From IMG/VR virus record IMGVR_UViG_2061766007_000491: a stretch of DNA of 64,000 nucleotides. One strand, given 5' to 3'. Below the pieces are notes generated by a model that was given only the letters and a program-made list of their open reading frames with translations, had not been told where the DNA came from and ran no database searches. This document shows positions 20,274 to 28,200 of this stretch, piece after piece (the first letter of the stretch is position 1; every line of letters begins with the position of its first letter). The stretch comes from an uncultured virus (IMG/VR IMGVR_UViG_2061766007_000491). Its lineage: Duplodnaviria; Heunggongvirae; Uroviricota; Caudoviricetes. The position numbers and the translations under genes are program-made.

Positions 20274-21518
20274 ATGATTAAGACTTTAGTTGAGTTAAAG
20301 GAAAAAGCACTTGAGGCTTTCAAGAATGAATACAACCACGATGATTCCACTATCGAGGTTGGTGATTCTCAAAATGTGTACGTCTATGAGAATAGACCAG
20401 CGATATTTGCGAACGATGGATATAGAGAGTTGCTGATCTCTCTGGAATGGGATAAGAATGGCAAGCACACCTTCCATGAAGAGGTGCTGGAAAATCAGGG
20501 TGTACCTACTTGTCGTTACTTCGTGGACGACAATAATGAGGTGCATACTGAGTGGGAGCCTGAGAAGGTGACAGTGGTGAGAGACTTCTGCCAGCAGGTC
20601 AAGACTTGCACGAATAGTGTGGTCTTAAAAGTCAAGGATGGAGCCTTGATTAAAGCTGAGGCGTTTTATAACGCTGATGGGAGCTTTACTGGCTTTGATA
20701 TTGAATTGGATGTTACCGTGCCTAAGACTGATTATCTCTGGCACAGCCTGTTTGGGAAGAGCTTGGAGCAGTTGATCTCTCGCTTTGGTAAGAGCTTTGT
20801 CATTACAGGCGAGTGGACAGAAAACGATCTGGTCGTGAACAAGGGCGAGAAGTTTCTCCGTTATAACGTGACGGTGGACAACGCTCTGGTGTTTGACTCT
20901 TATTGTGATAATAGAGGCGATGAGGGGTTCTATAGCGAGAGCTTTATTAAGTCTGGTTGGCTGCATGGCAGTTGGAGCAGACCGAAGTTCGCAGGTTACT
21001 TCTACGGACAGCCTTGCTATGTGATTGGACATTATCACAACACAGAGGTGTTGTTTGTGTACGATCACGATACAGGGGTACAGGATAATTTTGTAGTGCC
21101 TGGGTACATTCTGACTGTGAACACGGATGCCACTAACCCTGTGGGGAATGCAGTGGGCAAGTATGAGGTGGAGTATGGCAGAGTCCATTACAAGACAGGC
21201 GTGGAAGAGGTGGATGCCCAGACATTCATTGAATGGGCTAAGGCTCTGGGCGAACGTGCCTATATAGAGATTTACGCTACTAGGGATGTGGACGTACATG
21301 ATGAAGTGTATTATGTGGTGAAGGGATATGACCTGAAAAATGTGTATCCTAGCTATGACTTCGGTTGGAAGCGAGTCCGCACGGTAAGAGGTCAGAAAGA
21401 GGTTATCAAAGCTCTTGTGACTAGTCTGGTGGATAAAGACCACCTGTTGAACAAGGATTTTGACGAGACTGTTTACACTGTGGTTGTGAACGGAAAGGGT
21501 GAGTCTATCACTGAATAG
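20274..21518 (+). CDS. Hypothetical protein (414 aa)
   Basis: Long intact ORF; no motif recognised. Confidence 0.75.
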   Translation: MIKTLVELKEKALEAFKNEYNHDDSTIEVGDSQNVYVYENRPAIFANDGYRELLISLEWDKNGKHTFHEEVLENQGVPTCRYFVDDNNEVHTEWEPEKVTVVRDFCQQVKTCTNSVVLKVKDGALIKAEAFYNADGSFTGFDIELDVTVPKTDYLWHSLFGKSLEQLISRFGKSFVITGEWTENDLVVNKGEKFLRYNVTVDNALVFDSYCDNRGDEGFYSESFIKSGWLHGSWSRPKFAGYFYGQPCYVIGHYHNTEVLFVYDHDTGVQDNFVVPGYILTVNTDATNPVGNAVGKYEVEYGRVHYKTGVEEVDAQTFIEWAKALGERAYIEIYATRDVDVHDEVYYVVKGYDLKNVYPSYDFGWKRVRTVRGQKEVIKALVTSLVDKDHLLNKDFDETVYTVVVNGKGESITE

Positions 21519-21583
21519 AGTTTCAATCAGGGGGGGATGCCCTTATGGGTGTCCCTCTATATTAAAGAAGGAGATATAGTTAT

Positions 21584-22126
21584 ATGGCATGGTGGGAATT
21601 AAAGTATGCGTGTGGACATGGCACTCACAGGGTGCAGTTGTATGGGCCTCACAGAGACAGAGAGAGCAAGGCTGCTTGGTATGAAAAGGAAGTAGTGTGT
21701 CCTGAGTGCTGGAAAAAACAGCAACAGGAGAAAGAAGCCAGTAAGCCGAAAGAGGTTATTGGCAACTACAACATAAACAGCTTCAATAAGAGTAGGCCGT
21801 TAGTGTTTACACTGGAAGCGGTTGGGCAGCGTGACCAGAATAAGGAAGCGTTGGCAGAGCTTGGTTTCAAGTGGAGAAAGAGCTTTGATACAGGTTGGCA
21901 GCTAAAGTATTTCATTGAGTTCACAACGAAAGAGGAACTGAAAGAGAAGTACGATGATATTATCAAGAAGCTGGAACCGCTTGGGTATAAGCCTTATAAG
22001 GGTAAACCTCTGGCGGGGTTAGATGAATACCAGTTGAAAGCGATAAAGGCGCATTTAGAGTTATATGCGGATGCGCATAAGTCTGAGGCTGCTGATAAGA
22101 TCGAAGAGGTATTAAAAACAATTTAA
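21584..22126 (+). CDS. Hypothetical protein with ACGH...CPEC Zn-binding motif
   Basis: AAGGAG RBS upstream; CGH and CxxC. Confidence 0.7.
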   Translation: MAWWELKYACGHGTHRVQLYGPHRDRESKAAWYEKEVVCPECWKKQQQEKEASKPKEVIGNYNINSFNKSRPLVFTLEAVGQRDQNKEALAELGFKWRKSFDTGWQLKYFIEFTTKEELKEKYDDIIKKLEPLGYKPYKGKPLAGLDEYQLKAIKAHLELYADAHKSEAADKIEEVLKTI

Positions 22127-22128
22127 TT

Positions 22129-22641
22129 ATGGGTTATTTTGGTAAATACTGTCCTGATAGTTGCAAGCCATACAATGATTGTGACCCAACACCAGAAGGG
22201 CCAGCTTACCCAGATTGTGATTATAAAAAAGTTATGAGTTACGATAATAATAAGTACAGAGGGCGGTATAACAATGACCGCAAGAACGAGAGCAATGATA
22301 ACGGTGGCTACAGGAAGCAGTACACTGATGAGGAGATCAAGAGCATCTGGCAGAATACGCTTCTGAAAGATTGGTGGGAGATCGTTGGAGTGGACGAGAA
22401 CGCCCAGACAAGCGCAGGTGAGCCAGCGGTTAAGATCAAGTGTAAGTCACTCGCTAAAACGTGGCATACCGTGTGTGTGATGCCGATGAAGTATGACTTC
22501 GTTAAAAAGAAGTACGAGAAGTTGAAAGATACAGTAGGTGGTTTCCTAGTGGGTGCTAAGGTGTGGATTATTCTCAAGAATGAGAAGTTTTCCACCATAC
22601 AAAAGGTGAAAGCACCTGACGGCAAGGAAGTGTTTATCTAA
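22129..22641 (+). CDS. Hypothetical protein
   Basis: Intact ORF; start uncertain. Confidence 0.6.
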   Translation: MGYFGKYCPDSCKPYNDCDPTPEGPAYPDCDYKKVMSYDNNKYRGRYNNDRKNESNDNGGYRKQYTDEEIKSIWQNTLLKDWWEIVGVDENAQTSAGEPAVKIKCKSLAKTWHTVCVMPMKYDFVKKKYEKLKDTVGGFLVGAKVWIILKNEKFSTIQKVKAPDGKEVFI

Positions 22642-22660
22642 GCCGAAAGAGAGGTGTGGA

Positions 22661-23830
22661 ATGGGTGATATTAGAATAGATATTATAAATCCAGTACGGC
22701 CTTATGTACTGTTTATTGATGGTGCAGATAATAGTATAGATGCGTACTTAGATACCAGCAACATAGACAAGGGTATTAGGTTCATAGGTCGTAAAGATAC
22801 TGAGATAGAGGAAGCCTACGAGTCCCTGAAAGGATGGATAAAACCTCTGTGGGATAAATGGCAAAGGGATTATCACCGAGACTGGTTGATAGATACACCT
22901 ATAGATCAGTTAGTAGCTGAGGACTGCCCTGATGCAGTACGGAAAATAGTGGATAACCTGAAAGCATTGGCGATTTTTTACAAGTATTCCAGTAGGAAGC
23001 TGAATCAAAGAGGTTATACTGAAATGTATGGCTATGGTAGGGAACGCTTTACAGATGAGGAACGGGATTATATTGGCAAGGGAGAGGCACTAGATAAATT
23101 GAACCGTGATGGGTACTATAGTGATGCTCTGTTTGAGGTAACTACCGATGACTATAGACCACTTACTGAGATAGAGAAGCACCTGTATGAGATAAAGCCA
23201 CACCACCACCACCTATTGCAGTTGGAGAGAGATAAGGTAAAGCACCTGATTACAACAGAGTCACGTTATTATGGTGTTGATGATTGGGTGGGCTTGGTAC
23301 TGGATAACCCAACTAAGGAACGGTTAAAAGAGGTTCAGGCGTGGGTTGATAACCTAACGGCACATTCAAGTATGGGCTACCTGATGTTGTTTGGCACTAC
23401 GAACGAGAGCTATAAGCATTACAAGGTGATGTATATGTTTAATATGTTTAAGCATTCAACAGCACCGTATAGGAATGGTTGTAAGATAATCAGCGGTTTT
23501 TTGGGCAGTTATAGTGGCACAAGCTATACCTATAACGGGATGGATATATTTAGTAACCGCAAGAAGTTTGTAGATAGGTTGGCCAGTGAAGTAGAGAAGG
23601 AAAATGATTATTTACTATTGAAGCGTGGAAAGTCTCTGGATGTGCTAAAGAGAGATAGGTTAGTGAGTGGCGTTACTACAGATACATCGTTTGTGTGGCC
23701 GTACTTACAGCCTGATCTGTGGTTGGTGGATAAGCCAGGAGCGCAATACTATTGTTATTTGAAAGCGTATAGTGGTTCGTTCTCTGATGATGAGAAGAGA
23801 CAATCCTTAGTAGAGCTTACGATGTTATAA
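22661..23830 (+). CDS. Hypothetical protein (389 aa)
   Basis: GAGGTG RBS; intact ORF. Confidence 0.75.
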   Translation: MGDIRIDIINPVRPYVLFIDGADNSIDAYLDTSNIDKGIRFIGRKDTEIEEAYESLKGWIKPLWDKWQRDYHRDWLIDTPIDQLVAEDCPDAVRKIVDNLKALAIFYKYSSRKLNQRGYTEMYGYGRERFTDEERDYIGKGEALDKLNRDGYYSDALFEVTTDDYRPLTEIEKHLYEIKPHHHHLLQLERDKVKHLITTESRYYGVDDWVGLVLDNPTKERLKEVQAWVDNLTAHSSMGYLMLFGTTNESYKHYKVMYMFNMFKHSTAPYRNGCKIISGFLGSYSGTSYTYNGMDIFSNRKKFVDRLASEVEKENDYLLLKRGKSLDVLKRDRLVSGVTTDTSFVWPYLQPDLWLVDKPGAQYYCYLKAYSGSFSDDEKRQSLVELTML

Positions 23831-23873
23831 ATTTATTCCCTGAGTAGGGAGATTCCTGCATAGATTACGGTAT

Positions 23874-23901
23874 GGGAGAGGATTAAAACCTCTCCCTTTT
23901 T
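23874..23901 (+). terminator. Rho-independent terminator
   Basis: GGGAGAGG-ATTAAAA-CCTCTCCC-TTTTT. Confidence 0.8.
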
Positions 23902-23911
23902 GTCTATATTA
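23902..23911 (+). promoter_or_regulatory. GTCTATATTA motif (candidate phage late promoter); also at 26959, 35111, 42717 and TCTATATTA at 21556
   Basis: Recurrent 10-mer, always intergenic and shortly upstream of an ATG. Confidence 0.6.
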
Positions 23912-23916
23912 TAGGC

Positions 23917-24600
23917 ATGAGTATTTTAGACTCTTTGAATAATGCGATTTCGGAGTTTAGACAGGTTCTATCTGAAACTTCTATTGTTAGGTGGAAGAAT
24001 TTAGTGTATGCTAAGTATGGGTTTATTGTGATTTCTGCCTATAGAGGTGATAAAGAGTTGAATGTGAATAACCATAACACAAAGCTCTTACTGAGAGATA
24101 TTAGAGATTCTGGGTATCAATACCATAGAGCAGATGGTTATTATGTCGAGATTGTAGATGATACTAAGGACGATAAAGACCCTGAAAATTTAAGGGAGGT
24201 TGCTGAGAAGTCTTTTATTGTAGTGAACATGAAGGAAGTCAATGGTGTATGGACTCCCTTAGAGGATTTTGATGCCCTAAAACAGTTAGGTATTGAATGG
24301 TGTGGGAAGTACGATCAGGATTCTGTACTGGTTGTTCGCCCTGGGGGAAAGGCTTGTTTTTATGACAGATACGGTGAAAAATCGAAGTCAATGGGTTTCA
24401 AAGGTGCAGGGAGAAGGGATGACTTTCATATTTTAGCAGGTTATCCGAGAAAGCATAGAAAGGAATTAAAGTTTGGTTCGTTTGTAAAAGGTGGAAGTCA
24501 GGGTTTTATTGCTGGTTCTAATAAAGACGTAAAAGATGCAAGGGGTCTAAGTGCTAACTATAAATATCCCGCTGTGAGACGGAATAAGTTTAAGTTCTAG
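23917..24600 (+). CDS. SAM-lyase (T3 SAMase)/DUF3293-like protein
   Basis: FIVISAYR..N, GYYVE..EKS, WCGKYDQDSVLV parallel T3 SAMase motifs as recalled (VLVSAFR, GCYRE..EEKT, EWEQDCVLV). Confidence 0.55.
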   Translation: MSILDSLNNAISEFRQVLSETSIVRWKNLVYAKYGFIVISAYRGDKELNVNNHNTKLLLRDIRDSGYQYHRADGYYVEIVDDTKDDKDPENLREVAEKSFIVVNMKEVNGVWTPLEDFDALKQLGIEWCGKYDQDSVLVVRPGGKACFYDRYGEKSKSMGFKGAGRRDDFHILAGYPRKHRKELKFGSFVKGGSQGFIAGSNKDVKDARGLSANYKYPAVRRNKFKF

Positions 24601-24609
24601 GAGATAAAA

Positions 24610-25011
24610 ATGAACAATCTGGATTTTCTTGAACAGATCGCCAAGCGTTTGGATGAGTTGGACATACCTAACATATTATTGATAGGTTCGCCTGATGATG
24701 AGTTAGAAGTGTTATTGAAGGGCATGGGGTGTGTAACGACTTGGGTTAAAACGCTGGCAGAGGCACAGGAACAGATTGAGGCACAGCACGTTAAGGTAAT
24801 TTTTGTTTTAGGAAACAAGAGTGTGGGCTTAGGGTTGGTGAAGTGGTTGACGATACAGGGTAAGAATATCCCTGTGGTTTTCGTGAGTGCGGATAAACGG
24901 AGTAATGAGCTACAGGACGCATATCCCGTAACAGTGTTGAATAGTAAGAATAAGACGGGTAAGGTGCGGACGTACTTGGAAGGGTTACACCACACAGGAA
25001 TGGCTTTATAA
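24610..25011 (+). CDS. Degenerate receiver (REC)-like domain protein
   Basis: NILLI..., AEAQEQI....KVIFV, G.GLVKWL....IPVVFVSA pattern; acidic pocket residues absent. Confidence 0.5.
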   Translation: MNNLDFLEQIAKRLDELDIPNILLIGSPDDELEVLLKGMGCVTTWVKTLAEAQEQIEAQHVKVIFVLGNKSVGLGLVKWLTIQGKNIPVVFVSADKRSNELQDAYPVTVLNSKNKTGKVRTYLEGLHHTGMAL

Positions 25012-25012
25012 A

Positions 25013-25594
25013 ATGAGTGATATTAAGAAGAGATCGGATGAAACACGGGAAATGCTGAATTTTCTGTCTGCGAGTGGGGTAGGAGTTCCGTTGGACACAG
25101 ACAGCGATAAGGTGTTTAGATGGGCGTTAGTGTTTCAGATTAAGGAACTTAACACAGAGGTTTCTCATATTAAGGAAATGATGACTGGCATTCAGGCTAC
25201 GGTTACGGGTATGGAGGGGTTGAAGGTGCAGTTCGTACACTTGGAGCAGAGTATCAAGAATTTGGAGAGGAAGCTGGGGGATGAGAGCTTGGTTGAGATT
25301 AAGCGGGCAGTGGACGATTTAAGGACGCAGATAGTCAAGATAAAGGATGACTTGGTACAGTGTGATATTGTCCACTTGAATAAGCGGTTAGAGGGGATGG
25401 AAAAGACAATGGAGACTATGAAGGAATGGCAACACGCACGGGAGTTGTTACTGACGAACGATCAGATCAGGATGCTAATAGATAGTGTACGGAATAATAA
25501 CGCATTCCAGATCAAAGTGACGGCGATAGCTGCTGCTGCGTTGAGTGGTTTATCGTTCCTGAGTATGGTGTTTAAGATTTTTGGAGGAAACTAA
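25013..25594 (+). CDS. Coiled-coil protein with C-terminal TM helix
   Basis: Heptad pattern, then VTAIAAAALSGLSFLSMVFKIF. Confidence 0.7.
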   Translation: MSDIKKRSDETREMLNFLSASGVGVPLDTDSDKVFRWALVFQIKELNTEVSHIKEMMTGIQATVTGMEGLKVQFVHLEQSIKNLERKLGDESLVEIKRAVDDLRTQIVKIKDDLVQCDIVHLNKRLEGMEKTMETMKEWQHARELLLTNDQIRMLIDSVRNNNAFQIKVTAIAAAALSGLSFLSMVFKIFGGN

Positions 25595-25597
25595 GAT

Positions 25598-26074
25598 ATG
25601 AATGTATTTGACAGATTAGAGGCGATTTGTGAGGAAGAGAAGCTGACAAAGGAACAGCAAGAACAGATTGACGCTGCCAGTAAGGGCAGTAGAGAGGCTT
25701 TGAAGTATGCGCAGAGCAAGGGTAAGTTTGACCCTGTGACCTACGCTGCTATGAAGGATGATAAAGAGCGTGAGGAATACGCTAAGAAAGTCCCTGATAC
25801 GGTCAAGGCACTCACTAGCAAGAAAAACGAGTGTAAAGGCACAGTAGGGTGTAAGTTGAGCCAGAAACGGCCTAAGAACCGGTTTTTCAGGAAGCGTGGC
25901 ACTAAGAAGCATGAATGTGCATCTAAGAACGAATCGAGGCTGATACGGTGGTTTAATAAGTGCTATAGTATGGATGCTACCGTACAGGGCGCACAGAGCT
26001 TGCATGAGAGCCAAGTGAGCAAGAACGGTGCTATTAGGTTTTTCACCAAGAAACCAGTTGGGATTAGGAGGTAG
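25598..26074 (+). CDS. Hypothetical basic protein with Glu-ending leader
   Basis: MNVFDRLEAICEE leader; Lys/Arg-rich C-terminal part. Confidence 0.65.
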   Translation: MNVFDRLEAICEEEKLTKEQQEQIDAASKGSREALKYAQSKGKFDPVTYAAMKDDKEREEYAKKVPDTVKALTSKKNECKGTVGCKLSQKRPKNRFFRKRGTKKHECASKNESRLIRWFNKCYSMDATVQGAQSLHESQVSKNGAIRFFTKKPVGIRR

Positions 26075-26076
26075 GT

Positions 26077-26487
26077 ATGTTTAATGGAATTGCGAGCGGT
26101 GTCGTATGGGAAGCTGTACCTGCCCAGGGTGAGATTGAACTGAAAGCCGTACCCGAAGCGGGCGATAAAGTGACTGTGAACGGTAAGGACTTTATTTTCG
26201 GTGATTGGGAGCCGTCTGAGAACTATACGACCAACTACAATGTTAAGATTGGCAGAACACCAGGCGAGAGTGCGAGGAACCTGACTTTTGCGATCAATGC
26301 GGTGGATAGTATGTATGGACAGGCACATTTGAATAGGGATATACAGGTGGTGTACGCTATGCAGTACGGCAAGTATGTCCATGTGGTTGCGAGGATTCAA
26401 GGAACGGCTGGTAACGCATACACGCTGGCTGCGAACGGTGACAGCTTGGATGTGAGCGGGGCAACATTGACAGGGGGCAAGGCTTAG
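26077..26487 (+). CDS. Putative virion structural (beta-rich) protein
   Basis: GDKVTVNG..F, NL..AIN, G.AGN..TL, LTGG pattern seen in tail-sheath/decoration-type domains. Confidence 0.55.
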   Translation: MFNGIASGVVWEAVPAQGEIELKAVPEAGDKVTVNGKDFIFGDWEPSENYTTNYNVKIGRTPGESARNLTFAINAVDSMYGQAHLNRDIQVVYAMQYGKYVHVVARIQGTAGNAYTLAANGDSLDVSGATLTGGKA

Positions 26488-26503
26488 TGTACCATAGGGG
26501 TGC

Positions 26504-26767
26504 ATGAGTGGTTTGAACGAGAATAATGTGTACTGTGCCATGCTGGAAGCGAAGTGTTCAAGCTGGACGATTGATAAACTCTGCAAGAACATACGCAGAG
26601 AGACTAAAAAGGGCAATGTGAAAGCGGTGGGTGTGTTGATGGTCGAGTATGAGAGGCGCACATTGCCAGTGGGAGCGACCCCAGAGGAACAGCATACCAA
26701 GACGATGCAAGACCTCGAAGCATTACAGCGCAAGTACGCAGTAAGCGGAGGATTTGGATTTGATTGA
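26504..26767 (+). CDS. Hypothetical protein
   Basis: Intact ORF. Confidence 0.55.
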   Translation: MSGLNENNVYCAMLEAKCSSWTIDKLCKNIRRETKKGNVKAVGVLMVEYERRTLPVGATPEEQHTKTMQDLEALQRKYAVSGGFGFD

Positions 26768-26951
26768 GGGATGGATGGTCGTTAAGATTGAGGGCTTAGA
26801 AGTAAGTCCTGTAGTTGACGAGATATTCTGGGTGAAGGAAGAGGCCGATCGAGTGGCGAAGGGTGTGTGCAGACGGAAGTTTGGTCAAGTGGTGAAGGTT
26901 CAGATAAGGTATCTGCCAGCTTCAATCAAAGAGCGATTGTTAAAGTTATAG
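26754..26951 (+). CDS. Hypothetical protein
   Basis: Overlapping ORF with GGAGG upstream. Confidence 0.5.
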   Translation: MDLIEGWMVVKIEGLEVSPVVDEIFWVKEEADRVAKGVCRRKFGQVVKVQIRYLPASIKERLLKL

Positions 26952-26990
26952 GCGATTAGTCTATATTAAAGACAAGGATATATCTGAGTT

Positions 26991-27581
26991 ATGAGCGATA
27001 TTGAAAGTTTGAGCAAACTGATGGAACAGGTCTTGCAAGGTAACAAGGCTGCAATCCATGAAGATGATGATGCGGAACCCGATTTCCGTGACGATGCCAC
27101 CCCTGCCGATACTGGCGTGGATGACATTGATAATGATGATTTTGAGCAACCTGTGGACGACACTGAACCCGCTGCTGATGCTGAAACTACAGACGATGCA
27201 GAAGAGGAAGAGGTGGACGTGAACACGAGGGAAGGATTCTTTGTTGACGTGACCGAAGAGACACCGACCGCAGAAGGTCAGTATCTCGCAGTGGTCGCAG
27301 GTGGCGAGGATGAACCCGATAGGTTTGTTCTTGTGAACTATAGCCCAGAGGATGATACGTTTAGCGCAGACGGTGAAACAGTAGAAGTGAAGTATTGGGA
27401 GCCGTTGCCGACTATGCCTGGTGCAGAAGAGGAAACCGAGTTTGACGATACCGATTTTGACACTGAGGAACCCACTGAGGACGATATTGAGGACGACATT
27501 GAGGACATTGACAGTGACGAAGATGAACTGGCTGATGACATTGACGACCTCGAAGATGACGAAGAAGATGCAGGTGAATAA
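26991..27581 (+). CDS. Highly acidic protein (possible prohead core/scaffold component)
   Basis: Asp/Glu tracts flank a small folded core; GTCTATATTA upstream and terminator downstream. Confidence 0.7.
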   Translation: MSDIESLSKLMEQVLQGNKAAIHEDDDAEPDFRDDATPADTGVDDIDNDDFEQPVDDTEPAADAETTDDAEEEEVDVNTREGFFVDVTEETPTAEGQYLAVVAGGEDEPDRFVLVNYSPEDDTFSADGETVEVKYWEPLPTMPGAEEETEFDDTDFDTEEPTEDDIEDDIEDIDSDEDELADDIDDLEDDEEDAGE

Positions 27582-27608
27582 TTTATTATTCATGTAACTA
27601 TTGGTTGT

Positions 27609-27640
27609 GGGGCATAGGCGAGTGTCTATGCCCTTTTATT
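27609..27640 (+). terminator. Rho-independent terminator
   Basis: GGGCATAGGC-GAGT-GTCTATGCCC-TTTTATT. Confidence 0.8.
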
Positions 27641-27641
27641 T

Positions 27642-28199
27642 ATGCTGAATAACCCTTACAGACGCTTGAGGTTTACCCTCACTGAGACATTACAACAGCG
27701 GTATTGGAATGATCTGGATGTGATGAGACCTGCGCTGATTGCTAAGAGATTGATGGGAGTGACCGATATGTACCCTGACGGCGTGGGTTACATGGGAAAG
27801 TGGCTGGTGGGCGATCAGTTTATAATAGGCGGTGAGGGAACAGGTGCGTTGACATGGACGGATGGAACGCATTACAGCAGGGTGAAGGTGCATATACATG
27901 ATGGCTTTGAGGTTGCGGATGGTAGAATAGCACCACCTATAGAGAGCTATTTAATTGGAGGTCTGATGCAGAACCCGTATGCTAAGGCTAAGACCTTCGT
28001 GGTGACTAGGGACGAGAGAGTGAAGTGTGATGTGGAGTTGTGTGAGTATTGTGAGACAATGGATGAATGCAGGGGTGTATTAGCAGGGAACAGTGTGCCA
28101 GAAGAGGGTATCATTAGTGTTAAGTGCTTCCCTGATATGTTGATAGCATACGGTAAGATGATAGACAGCGTTTGTTTGAATTTAGTAAAAAGGCTTTAA
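27642..28199 (+). CDS. Hypothetical protein
   Basis: Intact ORF. Confidence 0.65.
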   Translation: MLNNPYRRLRFTLTETLQQRYWNDLDVMRPALIAKRLMGVTDMYPDGVGYMGKWLVGDQFIIGGEGTGALTWTDGTHYSRVKVHIHDGFEVADGRIAPPIESYLIGGLMQNPYAKAKTFVVTRDERVKCDVELCEYCETMDECRGVLAGNSVPEEGIISVKCFPDMLIAYGKMIDSVCLNLVKRL

Positions 28200-28200
28200 G

